Source: a virus. Taken from it: 64,000 bases of DNA. The first letter of the stretch is position 1. Each line of letters begins with the position of its first letter. This document shows, piece by piece, positions 16,861-27,195 of the stretch. The notes beneath the pieces were generated by a model. It saw nothing but the letters and a program-made list of their open reading frames with translations. It did not search any database and was not told the DNA's origin. The stretch is taken from positions 1 to 64,000 of the IMG/VR virus record IMGVR_UViG_3300035701_000016; one strand, given 5' to 3'. The translations under genes and the position numbers were made by a program.

Positions 16861-19350
16861 CTACATGCGTACTCTGAATCTAATTTTAGTCATATCTTTT
16901 CCAGTGCTGGCAGAGAACTTCTCATCGAATTCAGCGTTAAAATCCTGCTCGAGACGAGATCTGAGAGTAGATAGATGTCTACCGAGAGCAACTGCATTTC
17001 TCCATTTAAAGTCATTTCTTTGTGCAGATGCTATGCCTTGCAAGTATTGATATAATTCTTGATATGTATGCCATTGTTCTGCCTCATCTGGTCTTATTGA
17101 TATCCATTCCTCAAGAAAAGTTATTGCCTGAGAAGATTCCTTCAGCTGTCTTAGCTGAGCATCCACCATGCTAAGAAGTCCAAGATTTAGTTTCTCTCCA
17201 TCTACTGCGGTAGATGTTCTTATTCTGGCGCAGAATACATTAAAGTCAACCAACCTACTCTTGGTGGGAGGAAGAACTACTCTATTTTTCTTCAGATTAA
17301 CAATTACATCATTCAGTTTACGCATGATATCCGCCCAGATAGCCGGACCGAATTCTCGTATCTTTCTCTGTATGATATGTTCGGCTATGGGATTTTGTAG
17401 CTGTGCCATTTCAAGAACCAACAATCTGGAGAACAAAGTTTCATCACTGAATGGCATATTGACTGCGGTACATGCCACAAAACATCTAGGAATGATTGTG
17501 TGTTTGGCATTAGTCTTATATAGTTCTCTCAGCTCTATATTATTTCCCGTGGCTAGTTTATTAAGAATATCTACCATCCACCAGGACCCTGACTTCTCAA
17601 GATTGTCCAATACTAACAGTCTGTGAGATGCTATGCTGGCTCTGAAAGCATCCTGCTTATCGGTAGGAATACCCAATACATCGGCGTCGGGATTTTCAAA
17701 TATTCTAAGAACTCTTCGTATAGCTGTAGTCTTTCCGCTACCGGCAGCTCCTAACATGCTGAGAATAGGTTTCGTTGGCATCAATTCCTGGAAGAAGAAT
17801 GCTAGAAGCCATGCCTTCAATAACTCACGTTGCTCCTCAGGCTGAGACGGGGCTTCTATAGAGGATGTAAATGACAGATCATTAACTAGATAATCCCACG
17901 CATCTATACGAGGAGCTGTAAAATCTGGAACCATATACTTGCCATTTTCATTGGTTATGAACATATAACCACATTCACCGTTATGACTTATTTCTACCTC
18001 ATCTCCATCTAAAATATATACCTCAGGTCCTCCAAGATTTATGAATAATTTTGCACTCTCATCACTCCAGTAGGATCTATTCTGAACAGGAATTATGGGA
18101 GCTTCTCTGACTATTCTTAATCTCAATTCAGTAGTTACCAGTCTACTAAAACTATCGCACGGATTCATACCGAACATGCCGTTTAGAATAGATTTCCAGA
18201 ACTCTGTTCCTTCCTGAGTTACGGTAAAATCCTTAGAATTATACCAGTAAGCATCATTGAAGTCAGTCTGAAATAGTTTACTACCCTCATCATTAAGAAT
18301 ACTCCATATCGTATTGCTGGCTAATCTGGCATTATCCAGCGGAGACTTTCCTGACGTATATCTAATCTCATCTATTTGTGCTACCGTATCTGGAGTTCTC
18401 ATGCTGGAGGCTAACTCGGTTAATCTCTGCATGGCACTTACGGGAAGCATTTCTCCTAGACCCTGTCTACCTCTTACACTTTTTCCTTCGCTCAATTTCT
18501 GAAACGTAGAATTTACTGTTTCATCCCTATTGTAGGGATCATCATCTCCAGCGGCTACCACAATCTTAGCAACGAGTTCTCTTACAGCATCTACACCCCA
18601 TCCCTCGTGAGCAAGAAAACCGCTGAGAAACAATGCCATCTCATGGCGATTTCCTGATTTCCAGAATGGAGTAAGTAGCTGAATTAGTTGATCTGCTGCG
18701 GTAGGACCGGCTTCCGATACTACGGTAAGAGAATCCAAGGATGCACGAGACTGAAGAGATAATATGGGATCAAATTCAGGACCCTCTTCCCAACCATTGA
18801 AGGGATCTACGAACTTAGATCTTCTCTCAGTTCTAGCATGTATGCCCAGAGGAATCTTTAGAAGACTTCCCTTAGGACGAGCTTTGGATAGTTTGTCCTG
18901 TTTAGGAAAACATTCCACATGAGAGTCACCGATAGAAGAGTGACCCTCACGTTCTCGTATAGCATCAACTATCTTCTTAGCTTTGAAAGCTGGAACAGGT
19001 ATATCAAGAAATACCAGAACGTGATATCCTTTTCCTCCAGAGAATTCTACAGAATAAGGAACACGATCCAAATGCTTTATAATTGATAGAACTATGGCTC
19101 TTGCAACAGTTATATCTGTGCTATCTACATCCCAACCTATCCATTTTACTGCATCAGATCCCATCAGTAACTGGTAGGATCCTAGAATTATATTTCCCTC
19201 AAGATGATTATGTATGTCGTTTAGACTTAACGACACCTCAATGGGAGAGTAGTAAATATCTTTCTCATGCCTGTTGCATCGTGCATGATAAGGATTTCCT
19301 CCGAATATCTCGAGAAGTAACTCTTCAACCTTCTGTGTGTTGGTTATCAT
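16861..19350 (-). CDS. AEP primase(-polymerase) fused to P-loop helicase
   Basis: WDVD, FSGGKGYHV, LKIPLG; PriCT-like GNRHEMALFLSG; Walker A GAAGSGKTT. Confidence 0.85.
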   Translation of the reverse strand: MITNTQKVEELLLEIFGGNPYHARCNRHEKDIYYSPIEVSLSLNDIHNHLEGNIILGSYQLLMGSDAVKWIGWDVDSTDITVARAIVLSIIKHLDRVPYSVEFSGGKGYHVLVFLDIPVPAFKAKKIVDAIREREGHSSIGDSHVECFPKQDKLSKARPKGSLLKIPLGIHARTERRSKFVDPFNGWEEGPEFDPILSLQSRASLDSLTVVSEAGPTAADQLIQLLTPFWKSGNRHEMALFLSGFLAHEGWGVDAVRELVAKIVVAAGDDDPYNRDETVNSTFQKLSEGKSVRGRQGLGEMLPVSAMQRLTELASSMRTPDTVAQIDEIRYTSGKSPLDNARLASNTIWSILNDEGSKLFQTDFNDAYWYNSKDFTVTQEGTEFWKSILNGMFGMNPCDSFSRLVTTELRLRIVREAPIIPVQNRSYWSDESAKLFINLGGPEVYILDGDEVEISHNGECGYMFITNENGKYMVPDFTAPRIDAWDYLVNDLSFTSSIEAPSQPEEQRELLKAWLLAFFFQELMPTKPILSMLGAAGSGKTTAIRRVLRIFENPDADVLGIPTDKQDAFRASIASHRLLVLDNLEKSGSWWMVDILNKLATGNNIELRELYKTNAKHTIIPRCFVACTAVNMPFSDETLFSRLLVLEMAQLQNPIAEHIIQRKIREFGPAIWADIMRKLNDVIVNLKKNRVVLPPTKSRLVDFNVFCARIRTSTAVDGEKLNLGLLSMVDAQLRQLKESSQAITFLEEWISIRPDEAEQWHTYQELYQYLQGIASAQRNDFKWRNAVALGRHLSTLRSRLEQDFNAEFDEKFSASTGKDMTKIRFRVRM

Positions 19351-19507
19351 CAGGATCCTCTGCAATCCAGAAAAGAAAAGATGTTGGCATTTTCTCGAAA
19401 TACTCCCCGAGAGATATTATCTGCCCCTCCATCCCACAATAGGGGCATCGGTCATCGGTAGGAATAGTAACAAAGATGGAGAAACAGAAGGTGCAGATTA
19501 CCATCAT
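19325..19507 (-). CDS. Small zinc-ribbon protein
   Basis: CTFC...CPYC. Confidence 0.55.
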   Translation of the reverse strand: MMVICTFCFSIFVTIPTDDRCPYCGMEGQIISLGEYFEKMPTSFLFWIAEDPDDNQHTEG

Positions 19508-20124
19508 TCCTCCGAGTCTTCGTCGTCTATATCCTCAAATTCTGCATCTATGATATCATCTTTTTCTTCTGGCTCTTTCAGCCCTGCCTGTTCATCATGA
19601 ATGAATGCTTGGAGAGGAATCTCTTTATCCTCCAGCAATGACTCTTTTGGAATCTTAAACATTTCTCCGTAGGAAGGTCCAACCTTGGCATCAGTAGCGA
19701 ACGGTATACCCACCAGATCAGGAACCTGCATAATGGTAGATATATTCTTCGCATTGTAGATTATCTTATCCCAAGGAATTTCGGTAATAGTTTCGTCGTG
19801 TACAAGACTGACAAGAGATGATCCTGGACTGTTCCCTATAATCCAATCAGTAACTCGTATAGCCGCAATTGACAGAAGGTCTGCACAACCTCCCTGAATG
19901 AGAGCGTTACAACCCTTGTAGCAATCTATAGGATTATCCTCTCTCCATATACGACCACTCCAGTATTTGACATATCCATCCATCTTGCAAGAATTTATGA
20001 CCTCTGACATCCAGGGCTTTATTCTAGGAAACTGCGCCCAATATTGATCAGTTACCCTTGAAGCCTGCATTCTGTTCATATTCAATTTGTACATTAAACT
20101 ACCGATTGTCATTCCATATATTAG
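19504..20124 (-). CDS. polA: Family A DNA polymerase, exon 2
   Basis: LIYGM (end of motif B), NALIQGGCAD, LVHDET (motif C). Confidence 0.9.
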   Translation of the reverse strand, partial: LIYGMTIGSLMYKLNMNRMQASRVTDQYWAQFPRIKPWMSEVINSCKMDGYVKYWSGRIWREDNPIDCYKGCNALIQGGCADLLSIAAIRVTDWIIGNSPGSSLVSLVHDETITEIPWDKIIYNAKNISTIMQVPDLVGIPFATDAKVGPSYGEMFKIPKESLLEDKEIPLQAFIHDEQAGLKEPEEKDDIIDAEFEDIDDEDSEE

Positions 20125-20875
20125 CATGTTGTTCACATCTTTCGATGTGCATGGACTATACCTTCAATTTGGTAAATCTTCCACTAGAGTCTACGCAACT
20201 GTGATTAAGTTGATGACAACTTTTGCACAAGAGAGTAAGATTGGAGACGTCGTTATTTGCATGATCTCCATCCTCATGATGAACACACCATAAGTTAGTC
20301 ATCTCAGGATCTGCAATTATTTCAGTCAAATCCTTTCCACAATATTCGCAGTTGAACTTTTCCATGGAAGACAACTTTATTTCGCGGAACTTTGTTACTC
20401 CGCCTTTCCAGTTGTTGTTGAGTTCTCCTGACTGATATCTACCAGTCATTCCTGTATAGGAAGAATCCGTAATATATCGTGGAAGACTACAAGTTTTACA
20501 GATAACTTGCCAATATCTTACTGGTTTGAATTCATTTCCGCATCTTGAGCAAATAGCTGACTCGGGAGCTTTCTGATGGACTACTCTGCAGTTAGGACAA
20601 TTTTTCACAGTTTGATAAGAAGGTACGAACATCTTGCCACATTTTCTGCATGATATTTCAGGGAATTTTCCATCAGAATCTAGTTTCATAACTTACCTCA
20701 TGCTCGCTTGGTTATACCGATTGGTATCCCAGACCGTAACCGTTCTGGTTACGCTGTGAGTCTCTGAACCATTTATTCTCATTCCTGAGAATTCTGGCTG
20801 CTGATTGCCATGCGACTTGTCGTTTAGGTTTCCAGCAATTGAGCGAGTTTTATTTTGGCCTGACTTTACAGGTTG
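20125..20875 (-). mobile_element. Group I self-splicing intron (IA2-like) in the DNA polymerase gene
   Basis: P AATTGCTGGAAA, Q AATCAGCAG, R GTTCAGAGACT, S AAGGTATAGTCC, P1 TTTGGT/GCCAAA with U.G, P9 CACATC-GAAA-GATGTG, terminal G; splicing restores KTISFG|LIYG. Confidence 0.92.
20156..20689 (-). CDS. Intron-encoded HNH endonuclease with N-terminal Zn fingers
   Basis: CxxC repeats; NNNWKGG; CEYCG...VHHEDGDHANNDVSNLTLLCKSCHQLNH. Confidence 0.9.
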   Translation of the reverse strand: MKLDSDGKFPEISCRKCGKMFVPSYQTVKNCPNCRVVHQKAPESAICSRCGNEFKPVRYWQVICKTCSLPRYITDSSYTGMTGRYQSGELNNNWKGGVTKFREIKLSSMEKFNCEYCGKDLTEIIADPEMTNLWCVHHEDGDHANNDVSNLTLLCKSCHQLNHSCVDSSGRFTKLKV

Positions 20876-22279
20876 ACCAAAGCTTATCGTTTTAGACCAC
20901 TCTCTGTGAACTTGATTCATGTCATAACCACAATCACCCCAGACCTTCAATGCAATTTCCAGATGGACATCTTTACCTGCCAACAAAGCATCCAACATGA
21001 AGGGATCTCTGGATAGAACTCCAAACATTCTCATTTCCATCTGCTTGTAATCTATGCTTAGGAATAGCATACCCTTTCTTGGGATGATAGCCTTTCTCAT
21101 GTTATACTCATCGGTTCTTTTCACCGAGCCGGTATATACTGATTGAGTAAACCTACCGCGAACATTAGAGGCTACATTCTGCAGATTTGGTTTGGAGGAA
21201 CTTAGTCTACCGGTTCTTGTACCGGTGATATTGAAGCTGGTATGCAATACTTCATCGTCATCTATCTGATCTAACCATTTGAGATAATTACGTCTCAACT
21301 TATCCGCTTCTCTTAGTGCAGATATCAATTCACCAAGGGGATGATGGATTTTTTCGGTGAGAATAAATGTAGCTGTGCAAGTTGACTTATACTTGCCAGC
21401 ATCAGCAAATCTTGATCTATCCACACCATCTGCATCAGCAAATGGATTCTTGGGTTTGGGAATTCCTAGACCTGCATAGATTGCGTTACTAAGTTGCTGA
21501 GGACTACGCCAGTTGAACTCGTTACCGCACGAATCCCATAGGGTTTCCTCCATGGTTTGAATATGTTCATGCAATCTGTGCTCAGCCCAATCTGTAAAAT
21601 CTACGTCGAGACTAACTCCATGTTCCTCTGCATCGTACAGAGTTTTTATGTAGTTCATATCCTTCCAGAATAAATCTTCCAAACCTATTTTGCATAAGGT
21701 GGGAAAAAGTTTTTCGGCAAGTTGATAGGTGACCATACAGTCATTGGCGCAGTACGCACTTACTAGATGAAGAGGCCAGTCCCATATTTTGGTTCTTGCA
21801 GGTCCTTGATCAACAAAAGATCTCTTGGATGACGATCCCAGAAATCTTGTTTCAGCATCTTTCAGATTCTTCTTATATCTACTGTCTAACAGATGGATCA
21901 TAACGGTAGTATCCATTATAGTCCAGCCACCCGCACGAGGATCCATCTTCATGAAGTGAAGATCGAATTTGGAATTGTGCATGAGTATGGTGGTATCAGA
22001 TGATAGACTGTTTACTGCATTGATTACATCTATTCTGTCTTTGTCATCAAGAGTGGGAATATATCCTATCTTACCGTTGGATTTGCAGAAGAATCCAACT
22101 CCTATGATGTGATTTTGCCACGGATTGAGTCCCGTGGTTTCCGTATCCAGTGCAACCATTCTACCCTCACAGGACATCAAATCCTGGATGGTAGCAATAT
22201 AATTATGATCTACGCTTAGAACAGGATAATCGTCATCCTGTATTCGAGCCAGCTGAGTTATCGGGACAATTTCGTCCAT
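20876..22279 (-). CDS. polA: Family A DNA polymerase, exon 1 (3'-5' exonuclease + polymerase)
   Basis: LDTETTG, HNSKFD, YCAND, TRTGRLSS..PNLQN, DYKQMEMR (motif A); SD GGAGG before ATG 22279. Confidence 0.92.
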
Positions 22280-22721
22280 CTGTAGTTTCCTCCACATGAG
22301 TTATTATGACATCCACCTGAACTAATTTTGTTTCATGAAGTTCTATCTCACGACCACAATTTTCACAGGTGAATTGATGAAGTTTTCCTCCGCATATTAT
22401 ATGCTCGGAATCGCAATACCTACATTTCAAAACAATCATTATTTCGTCATCCTTTCTTAATCTGACATTATTCTTCAGCAGATTGTAGCTCATTTGCAAC
22501 ATTTTGACGGTCCATCCTAACTCATAATTTTCACGAGTATAGTCAGACAGTGCTTCTCTAACATTACCTATGGCGGATTCCAATTCTTTTATTTCCGTTT
22601 CTTTTCTATCAACCATATATATCAGATCTTGATAGGATTTTATAGCAGACTCAGGAATTTCTCTTCCGTCTGCCATCAATGCACAAGTATCGTGTATTGC
22701 TTCCTTCAGGTTTTCTTTCAT
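22233..22721 (-). CDS. Hypothetical coiled-coil + Zn-ribbon protein
   Basis: CRYC...CENC. Confidence 0.65.
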   Translation of the reverse strand: MKENLKEAIHDTCALMADGREIPESAIKSYQDLIYMVDRKETEIKELESAIGNVREALSDYTRENYELGWTVKMLQMSYNLLKNNVRLRKDDEIMIVLKCRYCDSEHIICGGKLHQFTCENCGREIELHETKLVQVDVIITHVEETTDGRNCPDNSAGSNTG

Positions 22722-23467
22722 TTCTTATTCTTCCATATACAGGGACGATCTGTTCTTGAATGATATCCACAATCCTCACCTCTTTCAAAAGGAGCTTCCA
22801 ATAAGACTACACCGTATTGATTGGTCAGTAGATCTTTTATTTTTTTCATCACTACCTGCCACTCTCCTCTTTGGGCTTCGCAGCACATACGTTGAGCATA
22901 CATTCTTTGAAGTGTGCTGAGAGCTGCTCCAAAGAATACACTGGTCATAATATTGGTAGGAAGAATTCCTCTTGCCTCTTCAGATGAAACTCCTGCGTAT
23001 AGCAATTCTTCATAGGCATCTATGGAGTCTATTACTGATTTTTTGTACTCTTCCAACCTTACCGGAATTGATGGGTCCAGGATTTCCTTCCCCACAAGAA
23101 CTCTGTAGACATCTTTAGATCCCAGAAATCTCATAGATTGTTGTACGAAAGATGCTCCTACCCTAGTACGAACCAGTTGATGAGTAAATGCTCTGCTAAC
23201 ATTGGATATCAGGAATACGAAATACTGCATCTCGAATGGAGTTTGTAATTTCGTTGAGTTGAGATCCTTGATAGCCATAACAACTTCTTCGTCGGTAATA
23301 TCGTCATTGGTGTAGATGCCACTATATCCACGAGTGACTTTACCGATGGTCTGTAGAGGTTGCATCGGTCCATCAATAAATTCAACGGTAGCACAAGGAT
23401 TAGAATGAAGTTCAATGATGAACTTATGCTGTCCAACCTTCCATTTGATCTCCTCTATACAAGTCAT
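22718..23467 (-). CDS. Divergent ThyX-like flavin-dependent enzyme
   Basis: TPFE, VSRAFTHQLVRTR-x-SFVQQSMRF, EEARGILP; RHR replaced by RTR. Confidence 0.8.
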   Translation of the reverse strand: MTCIEEIKWKVGQHKFIIELHSNPCATVEFIDGPMQPLQTIGKVTRGYSGIYTNDDITDEEVVMAIKDLNSTKLQTPFEMQYFVFLISNVSRAFTHQLVRTRVGASFVQQSMRFLGSKDVYRVLVGKEILDPSIPVRLEEYKKSVIDSIDAYEELLYAGVSSEEARGILPTNIMTSVFFGAALSTLQRMYAQRMCCEAQRGEWQVVMKKIKDLLTNQYGVVLLEAPFERGEDCGYHSRTDRPCIWKNKK

Positions 23468-23471
23468 AGTA

Positions 23472-23969
23472 TCATTCCTTATCTACGAATCTGAAGTTTG
23501 AAATATGTCCAAGAGTTACGTTATCTCTTCTGCACGACATGGAGATGGCGGTACAACTTACTCCAGTAATAATTGAGGCTTCCTTTACAGATTCGAATAT
23601 AATTCCGGTATTCATGTCAAGAACTCTCTTTGCTCTGTTAGATTTCTTTCCAAGATGAGAAATACTCATTCTTTCTCTTGAGTCATCTGATATAATTTTT
23701 CCTACCAACTCATTTCTTGTTTTTAAGGAATGATTAAAAGATATGAATCCTCCACTCTGAAGATTGAATCCATTCGGATGGAGTGAATTGTATTTTAATA
23801 TGTAGAGTCTTTCCATCTCATCAAGATGATCATAAAATCTTACATCCTTAGCTATTAGTATATTTCTCGATAGAAGAGTATGAATTCTATTGCTCAATTT
23901 TGCTTGAGTTTGACCGATGTAAGACTTTCCTGTGCTAGTATTGTAGAATCTATATATTATTCTAGTCAT
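23472..23969 (-). CDS. GIY-YIG-family homing endonuclease with NUMOD motifs
   Basis: IIY...YIGQT...R...E...I..YNS..PNGFN; NUMOD1-like C-terminus. Confidence 0.8.
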   Translation of the reverse strand: MTRIIYRFYNTSTGKSYIGQTQAKLSNRIHTLLSRNILIAKDVRFYDHLDEMERLYILKYNSLHPNGFNLQSGGFISFNHSLKTRNELVGKIISDDSRERMSISHLGKKSNRAKRVLDMNTGIIFESVKEASIITGVSCTAISMSCRRDNVTLGHISNFRFVDKE

Positions 23970-24751
23970 AATGTTCTTCCCCTACTGTCACTATATCCCA
24001 GAACTTTTCCAAATCTTTTGATCGGATATTGTATCATTTTATTCCAATCATATCGGGTCGTGAAGGTTCTATTGGAACTTCCCATCGTTATTGAAGTGAC
24101 GATATCACCATGAAGACTGGCAAACTCTACCAAAGCTTCATATAATCTTTCATCTCTACCGGACTTTTCTTGACCACCATCTGAGTTACCAGTACGAGCA
24201 ATAAATGGATTATGGGTCAAATTAATATCAATTTGAAGATTACCTATTGCATAACCCGACTTCCATAGTCTTGCTCCAAATTCCCTATCCTCCAGATATT
24301 CTAGAGTCCATGGACCTATTTCTGCCATGACTGCAGTACGAGCCGCCCAGAGCTGCGCTCCGCATGGAGAAAGAACAAAATTCTTAGTTGACTGTAATTT
24401 CTCTGACCAATGGAAATATGCTCGTGATGAGCTGGCAATTGTACCGAGAGTTTGATTGTCAACAACTTCCTTTACCATAGCCTCAACAATCTCAGGACGG
24501 TAAGCAAGATCATCATCACTTTGAATTATGATATCGAAGTCATGGACAATAGCATACTGAGCAATACAGTTTCTAGCCGGAACTAGACCATAATTTACAT
24601 TTCGCTCCAGTATCTTAACCTTGCTGGAGTTAGCATGAACTTCAGCACCCTGCGATACCACGATAACTTCATCGCAAACTTCAGCAAGAACGTCAGCAAT
24701 CTTACCGGATGTGTTACGCAGTCTGGTCGGTATACCGCCTAGAATTCTCAT
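23966..24751 (-). CDS. GT-A fold glycosyltransferase (candidate DNA/nucleotide-modifying)
   Basis: GLVPARN, QSDDD (DxD), LEDREFGARL; located in the replication region. Confidence 0.75.
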   Translation of the reverse strand: MRILGGIPTRLRNTSGKIADVLAEVCDEVIVVSQGAEVHANSSKVKILERNVNYGLVPARNCIAQYAIVHDFDIIIQSDDDLAYRPEIVEAMVKEVVDNQTLGTIASSSRAYFHWSEKLQSTKNFVLSPCGAQLWAARTAVMAEIGPWTLEYLEDREFGARLWKSGYAIGNLQIDINLTHNPFIARTGNSDGGQEKSGRDERLYEALVEFASLHGDIVTSITMGSSNRTFTTRYDWNKMIQYPIKRFGKVLGYSDSRGRTL

Positions 24752-25041
24752 TCACGATCCTTTCCCAACCAGTTTTCTTCTTCCATCATCATGAGAGCAA
24801 TATTCGCATAATTATGCACATCCACGAATAGATTTCGTAAACTCTTAGGATCAGCACCCTTACCGCCATCTCCGGTAGATAATACCATCTGCCTCAGTCT
24901 GGCTATTGCTCCTACTAACTCTACGCTGGCTCCTAGAACACCAGTCTCAACTATAGCATCTCCATATTCCTGATTCTTCTTGACGAATACTGCTGTTGCT
25001 CTACCGCATTCCATATTGAAGTGCATTCTTCTTTCGTCCAT
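24748..25041 (-). CDS. DUF1599-like nucleotide-modification-associated protein
   Basis: FVKKNQEYGD ... DVHNYANIA. Confidence 0.65.
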   Translation of the reverse strand: MDERRMHFNMECGRATAVFVKKNQEYGDAIVETGVLGASVELVGAIARLRQMVLSTGDGGKGADPKSLRNLFVDVHNYANIALMMMEEENWLGKDRE

Positions 25042-25043
25042 TT

Positions 25044-25979
25044 TTACTCCAGATATTTTTCCAGATCTATATCAGTGAATTTATTCACTATTTTCACATT
25101 GCCATTCACAATGTTTTGATTATAGTTATGTCTTCTAACGAAAACTCTGAATCCTGAATTGGCTCCTCTGAGAATCAAACCAGGATCGTCCTCGAGAAGT
25201 ATAATCTTTTGATTGCTACCTTTTCTTAGTTTATCAGCTAACAATAATCTTGGTTCTGCTGTTATGATTAATTTATCTATACAAAGTTTGTTATCCTCTA
25301 TCCATTCCCATGTGTCAAGCCATATTCTCTTATACTTGTCCGCAGGTCTAGCGGTAACTGCTATGATATAGGCGTCCAAATCCTTCAAACTTTCCAAGAG
25401 AAGTGCTGCGTCAGGATATACCGGAATATTACGATATCCTCCACTTCGTTCAAATTCATCTTTAAGCTCATAATAGTCTGGGAATCTCATGGAAAGATCC
25501 GTGTCCATCGCCAAAGAAGTTTCGGGAATTTCGGTAAGAGCCGTAACTCCTTTGTTCATAATGAAATTCATGAAAGCCCATCTCCAGTTTCCAACAGTTC
25601 CATCTAGATCAGTTATCACAACAGATCTATCTTTTGGAATCTCAGCAAATTCTTGATCATATCGTAATTTAAGAATGTCATTCTTTTGACCGACATAGAA
25701 TAGTAAATCCTCTGCAGTGAAACCCCACAATTCCCACAGAGAAAAAGCGTATTTTGTCAGATCGGCCAACTCCATTGCCATGGAAACTTTGTCGAATCTT
25801 CTTGGAATATCAGATTTACGATGACGTTTCCAATTTATTTCCCGAAGAACCTCATCAACTTCTGCTATCATTCCTAGAAGATATTTTTCAGTCCAGTGAT
25901 CCTTGTTCTCGAATCCTTTATTTCGTATTTCTTCATTGTACTCAATCTGCTCAGCAAAGATATCGTAGAGATTTTTCAT
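25044..25979 (-). CDS. All-alpha dNTP pyrophosphatase (dimeric dUTPase/MazG-like) fused to HAD 5'-nucleotidase
   Basis: AEVDEVLREINWKRH, MELAD; DLDGTV, VTAR, LLEDD. Confidence 0.8.
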   Translation of the reverse strand: MKNLYDIFAEQIEYNEEIRNKGFENKDHWTEKYLLGMIAEVDEVLREINWKRHRKSDIPRRFDKVSMAMELADLTKYAFSLWELWGFTAEDLLFYVGQKNDILKLRYDQEFAEIPKDRSVVITDLDGTVGNWRWAFMNFIMNKGVTALTEIPETSLAMDTDLSMRFPDYYELKDEFERSGGYRNIPVYPDAALLLESLKDLDAYIIAVTARPADKYKRIWLDTWEWIEDNKLCIDKLIITAEPRLLLADKLRKGSNQKIILLEDDPGLILRGANSGFRVFVRRHNYNQNIVNGNVKIVNKFTDIDLEKYLE

Positions 25980-26785
25980 AATTCCCTCAATATTTCTTCT
26001 ACCAGATAATAGGTATCATGAGCCAACACGGTACGATCAAACCTACCAAGTCTTCCTATAGGAATGATATTATAGGCAAGATATGGAACAGTATATGTAA
26101 GATTGGTAGGTTTAAGATCATCTATGTATACTACATTGTCATGTTTAGAAAATTTATTAGTTTTAGCATCCAAATCTTTAGAGTCCATATAGTGAGCTGA
26201 ATATTCTGTAGATTTCTTTCCGAAGAGATAGGATACCCTTACCACCATATCCTTTTCCCTACCGTTATAGATCACACGATTACCCTGTTTGACATCATAG
26301 GTTGATACTGATACGGGAATCTTCGCCATCATATATCCCAAATGTTTTCTACCTAATTCAGAAGGAAAAGAATGAAATACCAACTCAGCTTGTTTCGATC
26401 TAGTTATTATTTCCTTATCCGTTAAGTTACCACAAGGAAAGTGTTCGAAATCGCATTTGGACAGAATGTAGGGAATGGTATGTTGAGGATTGTAACCATA
26501 TTCTACATGCTCATATTCTGGAAATGATGACTTATATCCCCTAGGAAATTCTCCCCACTGTTTCTTGATGTAATTTTCTCTTTCCCCTACTCTGGTTACA
26601 ACTATTCTTTCCTGTTTTGATCCCTCAGCGAATCTTTCAGGTATTGAATGAAGCCACATGGCTCCGGGATTTAGATTGATACCAGAGGACAGAACGGTAG
26701 GAACTATACCGTAATCATTACAAGCGACTATGGCATATACAGCAGACGGACCGCCTCCAATTATGGTTACTCTTTTGAGGGGCAT
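25976..26785 (-). CDS. FAD-dependent oxidoreductase (UDP-galactopyranose-mutase-like architecture)
   Basis: IIGGGPSA dinucleotide-binding motif; C-terminal IGRLGRF. Confidence 0.65.
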   Translation of the reverse strand: MPLKRVTIIGGGPSAVYAIVACNDYGIVPTVLSSGINLNPGAMWLHSIPERFAEGSKQERIVVTRVGERENYIKKQWGEFPRGYKSSFPEYEHVEYGYNPQHTIPYILSKCDFEHFPCGNLTDKEIITRSKQAELVFHSFPSELGRKHLGYMMAKIPVSVSTYDVKQGNRVIYNGREKDMVVRVSYLFGKKSTEYSAHYMDSKDLDAKTNKFSKHDNVVYIDDLKPTNLTYTVPYLAYNIIPIGRLGRFDRTVLAHDTYYLVEEILREL

Positions 26786-27183
26786 AATAAATCCTTTTTC
26801 CAGGTTTTCCAAATATAATATCGTAATAAAAGATAGGCATCAGATTCATGAACGGTAGAGGCCTCTTTGAAACTCCATTCTCTTGCCTTAGCCACAGGTT
26901 TCCATTCAGAGGGAGCAACATATTTGAACTCAACACCTAGAACAGATATACTTATCAATATAGTTCTTTCAATAAGAACCATATCCTGACTTTTTTCTGC
27001 GGGAAGTCTCTCAAGAATTGCCAAATCACAGATAGTCAGTTCATCCGGAACTTTGAGTTCATGAGCTTTAACCGTTCTATGCGAGATGATATTTCCCGGA
27101 TAGAAATATTCAAGATCCTCCGGAAATATTTCCGCACTTACTATTCCTGTTAACCATCCGGTATCAAACGCTACAATATTCAT
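26767..27183 (-). CDS. RuvC-like Holliday junction resolvase
   Basis: IVAFDTG..TG, AILE, PSEWK, HESDA. Confidence 0.7.
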   Translation of the reverse strand: MNIVAFDTGWLTGIVSAEIFPEDLEYFYPGNIISHRTVKAHELKVPDELTICDLAILERLPAEKSQDMVLIERTILISISVLGVEFKYVAPSEWKPVAKAREWSFKEASTVHESDAYLLLRYYIWKTWKKDLLCPSKE

Positions 27184-27195
27184 ATCTACTCCAAC

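Noticed and set aside
20693-20875. C-terminal tail QPVKSG...ASMR of the 534-aa polymerase ORF, and the MNNM start of 19504-20136
   Set aside because: Both are translations of intron sequence, not true protein.
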